Shown here: positions 33,213-43,829 of the stretch, one piece after another
Position numbering within the stretch: position 1 is the stretch's first letter
Layout of the letters: each line of letters starts with the position of its first letter
From: Orbicella franksi
Taxonomy: Eukaryota
DNA: 64,000 nucleotides
Assembly: GCA_964199315.1 (NCBI GenBank)
Contig: OZ116707.1
Span: 5,890,001 to 5,954,000 of the forward strand
Direction of reading: 5' to 3'
Notes under the pieces: model-generated
Database searches by the model: none
Told to the model about the DNA's origin: nothing
What the model saw: only the letters and a program-made list of their open reading frames with translations
Program-made: the position numbers and the translations under genes

Positions 33213-33841
33213 ATGTCATTTCCTAACCCAAAATGCATGTGGTGTGAGGAAGGATTCACCTGCAATCACAGTATCAACGACTACTTCCTGACCACGTGTT
33301 GCCACCAATTCTATCACGGAACCTGTAGAGCCCTCCACAATTGATGGTTACAACGCTCCAAAAGACTCTGCCCTCATTGTAAAACCGGGAATTTCGGAGA
33401 ACCTCACCATGACATCCCCCAAACCAAGTCCTAAAGAGGTAAGTGCTTCGATGGTCTAACGGTTAAGACATTGAGTTGTGGCCTCAAAGACCCAGGTTCG
33501 ATTCCTGGTCGGGGCATTCATTTTTTCTCTCTTATTTTCCATAGAGACCCCTGGCCTGTAAAATCTATTTGGACGAACCCCACACCGACGAAGATGTCAT
33601 GCTCCTCTTCCTCACCCAACATTTTCCATACCCATGGTACCTGAGAAGAGACATCTCTGATGTCTGGCCCTACGGACACGTTTTCAAATCCTCCTCAGGC
33701 TTTCACAGAGAATTTCTCACCCCCCAGACCATGATGTTATCCCTCGTACACCTGGGAACCAATGACGTTCAAGCACTCAAGATGATGCAAAAAATCACAC
33801 AACAAACCATGTACATTCTCTCGTTAAAGGATCTTTATTAG
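33213..33841 (+). pseudogene. RING-H2-like finger gene plus a putative spliced downstream exon
   Basis: CMWC..TTCCHQFYHGTC..*W..CPHC at 33213-33434 (TGA at 33342-33344); the +1 frame MTSPKPSPKE splices in phase (33438 to 33545) into RPLACKIYLDEPHTDED.. Confidence 0.6.
33445..33516 (+). tRNA. tRNA-His (anticodon GTG)
   Basis: Full 72-nt cloverleaf: acceptor GCTTCGA/TCGGGGC, D stem GTCT/AGAC, anticodon stem TTGAG/CTCAA with loop TTGTGGC, T stem CCAGG/CCTGG with TTCGATT, discriminator A; A and B boxes; T6 at 33521-33526. Confidence 0.9.
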
Positions 33842-33875
33842 TTTTTGTTACAGGCATTAAAAATCTTGTGTTTTT

Positions 33876-34283
33876 TCACTCTGATGGTGGTGACGTCATC
33901 GTTTTGATAAATGCTTGGTACGCCAACTCTTCTCTGTCGCCCCAACCACTCCTCCACTCTTTCCATCCGGCCTCAAAACTATCCGGCAACCTCTCCAAAC
34001 ACACAGGGTCCTTATCTGACAGAGACTCGTCACTAAGCATCCTCTTAGACATGGCTTGTCTGAACCTAATCACGTCATCGGCCAGCTTCGTCATTTCTTT
34101 CTTCAGGAGGTTATCCGTACTGTCACTAACAGCGCTTTTCATAATCTTTCCAAGGAGATTCTCCTTCACAGCCTTCAACACTCTCGCCGCAAATTCATCT
34201 CTTGGAATCACGTCTGGCAACTCTCCCACGGGAATCTCAACCACCTCCACCGTCGGCGTCTTCTTGCTCTCCTCTGAGGCCAT
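33876..34283 (-). CDS. Terminal orphan viral protein
   Basis: Open frame MASEESKKTPTVEVVE..; first gene inward from the terminus. Confidence 0.55.
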   Translation of the reverse strand: MASEESKKTPTVEVVEIPVGELPDVIPRDEFAARVLKAVKENLLGKIMKSAVSDSTDNLLKKEMTKLADDVIRFRQAMSKRMLSDESLSDKDPVCLERLPDSFEAGWKEWRSGWGDREELAYQAFIKTMTSPPSE

Positions 34284-34329
34284 CTTGTCGATCTTGAAAC
34301 AACAACAATACCAACTCGACACTCACACA

Positions 34330-34593
34330 AACCTTTTTATTCACATACGAACCATATCTCATTGGTTCGCGCCTTATTTGACCAGGCACGTGACACCCTC
34401 AATTTCATGCATTGGCTCGCGCCTTATTTGGGCATGCGCACGGTGACATCATAACCCTAACCGCCGCCATCTTGAAACCAAAGTGGCCATCTTGGATTTT
34501 CAATTTTAAGAGAATGTATGAGAATTTTCAGGTCACGTGGTATAATCCCTGGCTCCTGATTGGTTACAGCCCCTAAGAGCGTCTATTACTACT
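34330..34593 (-). promoter_or_regulatory. Polinton terminal region / promoter (candidate single surviving TIR)
   Basis: 20-bp direct repeat ATTGGYTCGCGCCTTATTTG (34361-34380, 34411-34430), CACGTG boxes, two GCCATCTT motifs, terminal ACTACT. Confidence 0.7.
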
Positions 34594-34646
34594 AGAAACT
34601 GTCACCAAAATCAAAGCAAACACACTTCTGCATTAAATTTATTGCA

Positions 34647-35084
34647 TTAACCCTTCCACCATCCTCATCCCCAGAAGCTGCAGTCCATTTGGTCAGCACT
34701 AAGAATCAGGGCCTCTGGCCTGACCTGATTTCTTAAGCATGTACAGAGTACTCATTTGTCTTCTCAGCCAATCAGATATGAACATCAGTATGAGAGCTAC
34801 AGAATTCTGGTTTGAGACTGGCCAAAAGTTGCAATTCTTGGTGCTAACCAAAGGCATCACAGCCTCTTAGGATGAGAATACCCTTTCACACCCATCAGAA
34901 TGTTAATTCTCACTTCTCACTGCCATACATGTCTTCTAATGCTAGTTACAAGAATTTGATGTTACATCAAGACAGGATCCCTTTCTTGGTATTTTATTTT
35001 TATTCCTCTATCCCTTCTCTGTTTCATAATGTATTGATATTGTAAAGAGAACTTACTGCTCACTCATGGAACTCAAAGCTTTAA
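34647..35084. repeat. Two nested short non-autonomous DNA elements (MITE-like)
   Basis: TTAACCCTT..AAAGCTTTAA outer ends (piggyBac-like TTAA); inner element with CTCATCCCCAGA / CTCTTAGGATGAG ends. Confidence 0.5.
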
Positions 35085-35831
35085 CACAAGTTAATACTTT
35101 TTTTCAGGGTGGAGTTTGTGACTGAGAACAGGTTTTTGCAGTGGAAACCAGAATGAATAATAACAACTGAGCATTTTGTTACCCATTCATTATTTACGGG
35201 GGGATGGAAGAGAAATTCCTTAATTTTTTAATTTCTAAGAAACCCCCTTAGCTTTTCAAATGCTCAAGAGTTTAGTAACTTCCTCTTTCAGGGGAAAAAA
35301 CTGTCCCTCCATAACCATGATGATAATCAAGTTACTCTTTCGATTTGTTCATATTAAAAAACAGTTCAGCCACTTATTAAATTTATCCGCATTAATTTTG
35401 CAACAACTGTCGAAAATCCATTAAGAAGCTGTTCTTGTGTTTTCTTTGTTTTTGTTTTACCATATCTATCCTGAAAACCACTGGGCACTAAGCCCAAAAG
35501 ACGGTGTCTGGAGGCACAATTTTTCAAATATCATTTAGTGCAGATATCCATAAAAGCATGGGCAAAATTTTCGCTGATTATAAACATCTAAAACGCACAA
35601 GTTATTTAATACTGCACCTATCAATAGCAATTGCATTTTACACTAACATGAAAAACGAAAATAAACAAAATGAATTGAAATCCACCAATCACGACATATG
35701 TATAGAAAACAGAGTACTGCGTGGCTAGTTAGTAAAAGTAATATGAAAGGCTTTCTATTACTGTATACTCATTGCTAAAGAGACAGCCTTGAATTCAATT
35801 CTGCAAGCAAATTTCTGGTGTCCCACTGTCC

Positions 35832-35978
35832 CACAAGAACAGTCATATGCATTCACTAGTTGTAAGACAGGATCGAACCTACAAGAACAGTCAAATAGGT
35901 TCACTTAATGTGAGACAGGACTGAACTACAAGAACAGTCATGTAATAGGTTCACTGGTTGTGAGACAGGATTGAACAG
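35832..35978. repeat. ~45-bp minisatellite, three units
   Basis: ACAAGAACAGTCA..TTCACT..TGTRAGACAGGA repeated head to tail. Confidence 0.8.
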
Positions 35979-36087
35979 TTGTTCAGCATGCCTGTTTCCT
36001 CAGAGGGACGGCTAGCAAATTGTCCAATCAAAATGCGATGATTTCAATCCGGGTAGGTGGTATAAAAAAACCAGAATTTTCTAATAA

Positions 36088-37247
36088 ATGTGCTCATTCT
36101 GCTCAACATTGATGATCGCCTTATATCGTGTTGTTTTTAATCATGTTGCGTCCTGCAAAATCCAAGAAACTGAAGGTTCCACAAAGTTCAGTCTCCTCAA
36201 AATCCCGAAGTTCCTTTACGGTGCAAACTTCTCAGAACAACAATGTCTTTGGAAGTGCGTCCGTCAGCCAAGACCAAGCTCCACTTCAACTAACTTCGCC
36301 ATGCAACAACACCTTGAAGACAGAGAAATGAGTCCAAAACTTTGACTCCTCCGACTCCAACAAAACGACCAAGTTTGCCACTAATCGCCTATGTACAAAG
36401 CCTGTCCCCTGTCAAATGCAGTAAGAAAGGATCCCTGGTTTACTTCAATCTGAAGCTCCAGTCGGCATCCGCAACATATCCTGCCATGTGCTTCTCACGC
36501 TCTACACAAAGCTTTTTGGATGACAGAGCTGCTACCAAAACTGCACTGAAACTCGTATGATACAACATCTCAGAGGATGGACGAACGGTCTTCATAAACG
36601 ACATGACTAAGCTGTCTTCCCCTGCAATGTCTGAGTATAACTTCCAGTTCACTGACATCCAGAAAACTGCATTGCTGATCAAACTACTCAGTTAAAACTG
36701 ATACTATGGGAAAACAACATCCAAGAAGTAAATGTGGAAGAGGTGTACTCCTTTAAGCAAGTCAGACTACATAGAGATGGTCAAATGGCTGTACTCAATA
36801 CCACTGTAGATACAGTAATTGAAAAGAAACTTGACGCCAACTCGAAGCAACTTGTAGTGGAAAGCGCTACACTCGAAGGAGTCGGAACTTAACATAAAGG
36901 TAGATTCTATTTATTCCATAGAATTGTCTCGCTTCAAGCAGTGCTTGCATTGCAACAAAAAGATCAAACAGGTTACCGCGTCTGCAGTCATTAAGTGTGA
37001 TCATTGCGGTCACGTTGTAAGAAATTCGTCTTGTACAGAAAATTTAATGGTTAAGTTTCTGGTCCAAAATAAGAACAATTTTGACAAAAGGTTCCATCAT
37101 TTTGTAATATTTCAAAAAGTTCGTCAACAAATGATCGGCAATTCTTTCCAAACCATGACGGATGACATGATCTTTGAAAGGTTGCTGCTCTTGAATAATT
37201 TCACCATTTATTACAACAACCAAACATCATTAAATGTGTCGCAATGA
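36088..37247 (+). pseudogene. OB-fold/RPA-like protein with zinc ribbon, probably TE-borne
   Basis: IAYVQSLSPVKCSKKGSLVYFNLKLQ..AMCFS beta-strand pattern and CLHCNKK..IKCDHC ribbon; multiple stops and shifts. Confidence 0.5.
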
Positions 37248-38050
37248 AGCAAAGAATTACTTGCCACAACTAAGTTTTCTTGTTATTTTTGTTGTAGTTT
37301 AAAATTGTTTCTACTCATTATAGTTTTTCATTTCAAAGTCTACATTTGTCATTGCTTACATAAATCATGTAAAACACACTCTTAGTGGGAAATAATTCTG
37401 TAGTAATGTAGTAGAGAATTACTTACGACAACTATAAACTGATGCACGTTTAGCATTTTTTTCCACTTTTGTTGTAGTTAATTCTTGCATTATTTCAGTG
37501 CGCTTAAAGTTTTTCCGTTACTTTTGTTATTGGTTATTTAACAAATCATGTAAAACACGTTCTTGGTGCGAAATAAATATTGTTGAGTTAAAAATGGCTG
37601 ATTCATTGACTTAAATCAGTATACCTTAACAATTGCCTGAACTAGCCTTTCCATTGTTTTTGGCATGATTTTCCAAGATGAGCTTCAAACATTCAAATAA
37701 ATAGCATGCTAGCGCAACAATTAGCAAGTGATTACAAATAAACTGTTTGACGTAAGTACAAGATCTAAGCAAATATGTCACACCTCCCCTTTTTATACCA
37801 CATTCGCCCTTTTTTTCACATGTCCACTCACCAGTCCATGGTTCACATGGGTCTTGTTAAGTCCTTGAATTTTCCCAAGTAGTCCTTGAAACTTACTAAA
37901 TGCTCCTTGAATATGTTTGACCTTCTAAAACAGTCATGTTTTAGGGACAGAAAATTTTAAAAGCTCAGCTATACAGAGATTTTCTGTGCAAAATTACAGA
38001 GTCATTCAACTGGAATTTTTATTAACTGCATGTAATGAGAACAAAATATT

Positions 38051-40880
38051 AACAACAACAACAATAACTTTATTAATGTGTTAAATACATTCTAGCTGAG
38101 GATAAAAAACCCTCTACTAATAGGGGACACATAAAATAAATAAAATAAATTATTAAATTTAAAAACCTAAATTTGATATTTACAATAAAAAGAGACTAAA
38201 ATTTAACTTCATTATTTACAGTAATTCCAACAATTCTAAAATAATTCATTCGTAAGTAGATCATGTGCTACATAAAACACAGTTCTCGCATTCATGTTCA
38301 ATTTTCTGTGAAAGATTAGTTAACGTGATCTGTCTTGGTAAGTTTTTTAAGTTAGTCGAGAGTCGATCCCACAGCATAGGACCAATATATCTTAGCGAGT
38401 GTTTCCCATAGGTGACAGTATTAAATCTGAGAATGTGGAAATCTGCACTTCTAAGGTTGTAAGTAGAACTTTTCAATGAGAACAAATTTTTGACGTTTGG
38501 AGGACACAAATCATGCTTTACTTTGAACATCAAACAAGCTATATCCTGTAGTTTTCTTTTGTAAAGAGATTTTAAATTAGCTTTCTTCAGCAGTTCCTCA
38601 TAAGTAGATTTGCTATCCCTGAAGACTGCACACAAACCCCTCTCCAAGGTGCGTTTGAGTTTTTTCTTATCACTTGCTAGGCAGAAATGCCAGGTAAGAT
38701 GGCAATAGGTGAGATACGGAAGAATAGCAGCCTTAAAAAGGTGTAGTTTCGCAACAGTGGGTACTAAGTTCTTGAGTCTCATTAATACACCTATCCTCTG
38801 GTTCGCTTTCTTGCACGTGATATTTATGTGCTCACTGAAATTAAGCTTGTTGTCAATAGTTAGACCTAATAACTTAATACTGTCCAGAGATTCAATGCCA
38901 GTTCCTTGTACATTTATGCTTATCTTGTCTCTGCTGTCCCTCTTTTTATTGTTGATTAGCATGGTATGGTATTTCGAGAGGTTCCCCTTAAGTAAGTTCA
39001 ACTCGTACCGTAAAGAGGCTTTTGTTGCGCTCGCATTAAGGTTGTCATTAATCGTCGCCACATTATCGCTGATTTAGAAGAGTTGATGGTCATCAGCATA
39101 CATGCTTAGATTATGCTCAATTTCATAGACTGAGTCATTTTGAAAAATATTCCACAATAATGGCCCTAGCGCCGACCCCTGGGGGCAACCTCGGCTAACT
39201 TGTTTCCAAGAACTTTTTTGAGATGTCAGCTTCACTCTGTTGGACCAATCTCCAGTGCTCAATTAGATAAATAAGGGTAGTCTCACAGCTATGAGTTTTA
39301 CGATAGGCCGACAGGGCTTGTCCTAAACGGTGAGTGAACATCCCCACAAGTTGCTTTGCTACAATCTTCTCAAACACCTTATCTACAGCCGGGAGGACAG
39401 TGACAGGCCTATAATTCTCTTTTAGTAGGGGGTCATCATGTTTGAAGACTGGTACCCATTCCCCCTTTTTCCATGACTGTCGCCATTTACCCTCAATTAT
39501 GCATCTGTTAAATGAATTGGTGAGAGAGATAGTGATAACCTCTGCTCCAAATTTTAGAGCAAATGGCGGAATGGAGTCACAGCCAGATGCTTTCTTGACT
39601 TTTAATGACTCCATTACTTCTTGAACTTGCGCTTTTTGAAGAGGGTTTAGCTTTATAGCATCATTTTGAATTGAAAACTGTGCTATTTTTAAGACACTTG
39701 GATTGTTGATGAAATCATTTTCTGTTAACTTTTCAACATTTTCTCCACTGACGCCCTCTGCAATTGAAGCAAAATAATCGGCCAGAGTTTCAGCTACCTT
39801 GTCTTGATCCTTGACGATTTCATTACCTACTTTGAGATTAAACTCGGAACTTTTTGCAGGGGCATTTGAGCCTAAGAATGGCATAAAAGTTCTGTAAAAG
39901 TCTGCTGGGTTTTCCTTGAGATGATCAGATTTACCCTTCCAATAAGACTTGATTGCTATTCGCCTTTGTCAGGTGGTTTCATTACGCCATTTACACAGTT
40001 CATCCCAGTTAGAGTCGGATTTATCATTCTGATAGGTTACTAATGCCCTTCTCTTAGCTCTGATAGCGTTCTTCCAGTTGGTTGTCATATATGGCACATC
40101 TTTTGCTCTTACCCTCATCTTCTTTAATGGGAGATTCTCATCAGTGATGTTGGCCATCAGAGTGCTCCAATAATACACTTGATCTTCCAGATCGTCAAAG
40201 ACTTCTCCCACATGCCAAGGAGCTTCAGAGAGGTCCCAGGTAAACTTTTCATGATCAAAGTTTTTGTAGCTTCTAAAATTAATCAATTTGCTTGGGTGTC
40301 GTTGAAGTTTTTCCTTGAAGATCCCATAAATTAGGGCATGGTCACTAAGTGATGGGTAGTAAACACCACCACATTTAAATTGCTCTGGTTTGTTTGTTAA
40401 CAGCACATCAATGAGGGTAGAGGTGTGTATTAACCCTTTCTTCTCCGTGCGTGTTGGTTTATCAACAAGACATGTAAGTTCTTGTTCCACTTCCAAATCC
40501 AAGAGTAGTTTACCTTCGTTTTTGTCTGGTCTTAGTCTATCAAGATTGATATCACCAATGACAGTGACAAAGTTCCTCCGTAAAGAGGCCCAGGTGCAAA
40601 TGCCGTTAAGTTCCTCTTCCAGTTGTAGTTGATAATTACTGGACACCGATTTAGGTGGACGATAAACGCCAATAACGATCATGTCAAGTGCCAATTCTAA
40701 TCTCTACTGCGAGGGTTCCAGTGTCTTATAGGTCCTGGTAATCCTTAGTTGTTTACATGGCAGTAGTGTGGATATATAAACCAGAATACCTCCACCTCCT
40801 TTTTTCCTGTCATTGCGGTATAAGGTGTAGCCTGGAATGGCAAATTGGCTATCGGGATATGTGGAATCAATTTTTGTTTC
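38051..40880 (-). mobile_element. L2/CR1-group LINE, 5'-truncated
   Basis: APE (SETKID, GVYRPP, GDINLD, SLSDH) and RT (NYRPV, GCPQGSALGPLL, MYADDHQL) fragments; (TTG)n tail at 38051-38063. Confidence 0.88.
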
Positions 40881-41318
40881 GCTGATAAATATAATATGAA
40901 TAAATTAACAGTGCATGCAATGAAAACAAAGCATTTACCGCGTAACATTAACTGTACCGTGAACCGCGAACAAAATCGATCATTACAATTTTTCCATGTG
41001 AAGCGACACAAGGTTCCAGCAACTGACGAAATTAAATGTAAACATGAAAATGGCCTTAAGTTATCCATTACATTTCTAAACCTGTAGCGTGTATCAGTAA
41101 GTCTCAAATGTTCGCTGTTTATGCAGAAGTGTGGGCAATTTGGTGACTAAGAGAGAGTGACCGAGTTTCTGTTTGAATCTGTATTTTATAGTAATCGAAA
41201 GAACAAGAGTTGAACAGTGAACTGAATCTCGTGTGTGCATAAACATTTCAAGGTTGTGAACATGGCACAAGTTTCAACGTAAACAAAAGCTCAGGATACT
41301 ATAAATTAAGAGAGGGTA

Positions 41319-41657
41319 CCATAAATCCTTGAATTAGTGCCGGGGGGGTTATTTCAAATTTGAGAGAAGATGGGGGGTGCTTATTTAATTTTTCCCACAT
41401 CGTGGCCTGACATGATCATTTTTTTAATAGCTGTTTATTGACGTAGATAGCTCATCCTTAACTTTAAATGGTGGCACTGCTAGTACTTAACGTGTTGAAC
41501 ATGTTCCCTAAACATGTTCAGATACTGAAACAATGTACAAATCTAATACTACATGACAAAAACTATACATCTTTTGTTGCCTCATTACTCGTCCACAAAA
41601 TGGGGGGAGGGGAGAGGGGCACTTATTCAAGGGAGGCGCTAATTCGAGGATTTACGG
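41319..41657. mobile_element. Tc1/pogo-type MITE
   Basis: TA-flanked; TIR CCRTAAATCCTYGAATTAGYGCC at both ends. Confidence 0.8.
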
Positions 41658-43829
41658 TATTTGTTTGATATTTATTGCTCATTTATACATGAACTATTTT
41701 GCTAGTTTATGCAGTGCTCAACAACTTTTTTATTTTACTTCTTTTCGTTGTGAACATTGAAAGTAACATGTCTCAAATGCAAGTTGGCAGCTGGCAATTT
41801 GCTTTGCAAAATACAGGCAAATGCGTATATGAATAACAAAGGCTTCTTCCTTCAATTTAAATACACGCATATGTGTGAAATTACACGCAAATACATGTAA
41901 CTACCAGCAGATCAGTGAATTTTACGCCCATGCAAAATATAGTTACGTGCACCTTACATGCAATGCCCACAAATACTACACACATACTACATGCATTTTA
42001 CACACGCGTAGGTCCTGAAACCTCTTTGACCGGTACTGAATCTTAGAAACCAGACCTTCCTGATGGATACCCCTCAGAAGTTTATGATTTTCTTTCCTTT
42101 TCGAAATTAATGCCAGTTTCGTGTTCATGTTGCATGTTTCTTTCCAAAACATCCTGTACATTCAAATTTTATAGGAGCTCATTATGTCTAATTGTGTGAA
42201 AAACAATTCCTTGAAAATGAGATTTGTCCTTGAAAAGTCCTTGAAAAATATGGTATCGGGTCCGTGTGAGCCATGAACATGCAGGATGTTTTGGTCTATG
42301 TAAGCATTAACTTTGAATGGTTACCCACAGTCACAATCTGTATATACTCACATAATGCAACTGCAAACACTCGGGTCCCATGCACACTATTCCGGCAAAA
42401 TTTGAAAGCACAACAATAACCGCACTGATCAGTAAACACACACCAAGTATTAGAAAACACCAAAATCTCCGGCGATACCATAAATAGTTCTGCGGACAAA
42501 CTGCTTAGAGGTTTCCACAGGAATGCTAGCAACCTTGTACCAAGAGTCTTTATTTTCCTTGACTAGAGTCGGGAAATGAATGACCCTAAAGAGATCCGAT
42601 TTGAAGTCTAAAAGTATCGGACATCTGGTTAAATTCTGCCTAGCTCACAAACATGGGCCTCAATTGACTCACTTGCGTTTTTCTTTAGCCTGCGAGAGCA
42701 CCCTGTTTTTTCAGCACTTGTTTCATACGCAAAAAAAAGATCCCAAATAGCCAGCTGGTTTGCCTCCGGCCAGTTGGGATTCTTAATAATGTTATGTTAA
42801 ATTTGAATTATTTGTTTCAGTTGTTTGCGTGGCCCCCACTAGCCTTTGTGCTATAAACATTGCCGAGGGTAAAGAAAGGTATTATTTTATAATATTTTAA
42901 TGTTTATTAAACAGGATGCTCTTGCAGGCTAGTTCTTCCGATCATTTTCAATGAAAATCAAGGCTGTAACAGAACTAGATATTCTTCGCTGTTGATACTC
43001 TAGACAACTTGTTCATTCTATAGTCTTCACCATCAGCATTACATTGGTTACATGAGCTGGAGGTCTGTTCTGCTCTTTTTGCTTAATTTTCTTGAATTTC
43101 TCTCAACTAAGAAAAATAACCCTTGTTTCCTTGTTGCTGTCTTGCAACTTGAAATGAAAATATTGCCTATACTTTTCCATCAGAAACTTCCATCGAAAAT
43201 GTCGTGAACGTACCCTTGTACGCCCTTACAAAGAGGACCTGAAAACACCATTTTGCAGCAAAAGTTGAAACTCAAATTTAATGTGTGAATTTTACAATGG
43301 GTAGCCCGACATACGTATGTTTTGTCCCTGCCAAGGGACTTATCAGAGACCTTTCAACTTGTCAAACATCGCATTTGAAGTCCCGCTAGCATCAAAATGA
43401 TGGTGGCAGTCTGGGCTTATAACACTCAAAACTCATGTCCGTTTATCTCATTTGATAAAGAGACAATGATTAATGTTTTCATTAATACAGTATTGCCTTG
43501 ATTTTTCAATATTTACAAAGCTGGACAGTAAATGTCACTTTTAACCCACAATTACTACCAACTTTTTCTGTTGAACAAACCAGAAACAAAAATAAAACAC
43601 ATGACATCATCCACCCTTGTCAAATTTAATACCATGATCATTTCAATTGTAATGCCATCTTATCCTAATGTTACTTTGTTTCTTTGGTACATTATTAGCG
43701 AACACTGAATTAGTGCTCGTACTCTAAATATGACAATCAACCACAAAATTCCCTAAACCAGATAACATTAAACATAATCCAAAAAATTATTTAATTCATC
43801 TGTCCAATTCACAAGTTTGCTCACAGAGC

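Larger units (their letters stand above)
12770..34593 (-). mobile_element. Endogenous Polinton/Maverick (adintovirus-like) virus, left-truncated
   Basis: Densely packed ATPase, protease, MCP, pentons and integrase on the minus strand; visibly more GC-rich than flanks; right end TATTACTACT (reverse complement AGTAGTAATA, Polinton-type terminus). Left boundary approximate. Confidence 0.92.
37837..42275. mobile_element. Possible non-autonomous TIR element carrying nested insertions
   Basis: CATGGTTCACATGG (37837-37850) vs CCGTGTGAGCCATG (42262-42275) form an imperfect inverted pair, each next to GTCCTTGAA subterminal repeats; no TSD seen. Confidence 0.4.

Noticed and set aside
12770-34593. Bacterial prophage or contaminant contig
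   Set aside because: The gene set is Polinton-type, it carries a eukaryotic LINE with TSD, TATA/AATAAA/splice signals, and joins directly to eukaryotic repeats.
35832-35978. CRISPR-like array
   Set aside because: Units are contiguous and degenerate with no unique spacers; no cas genes; eukaryotic context. The same applies to 48195-48570.
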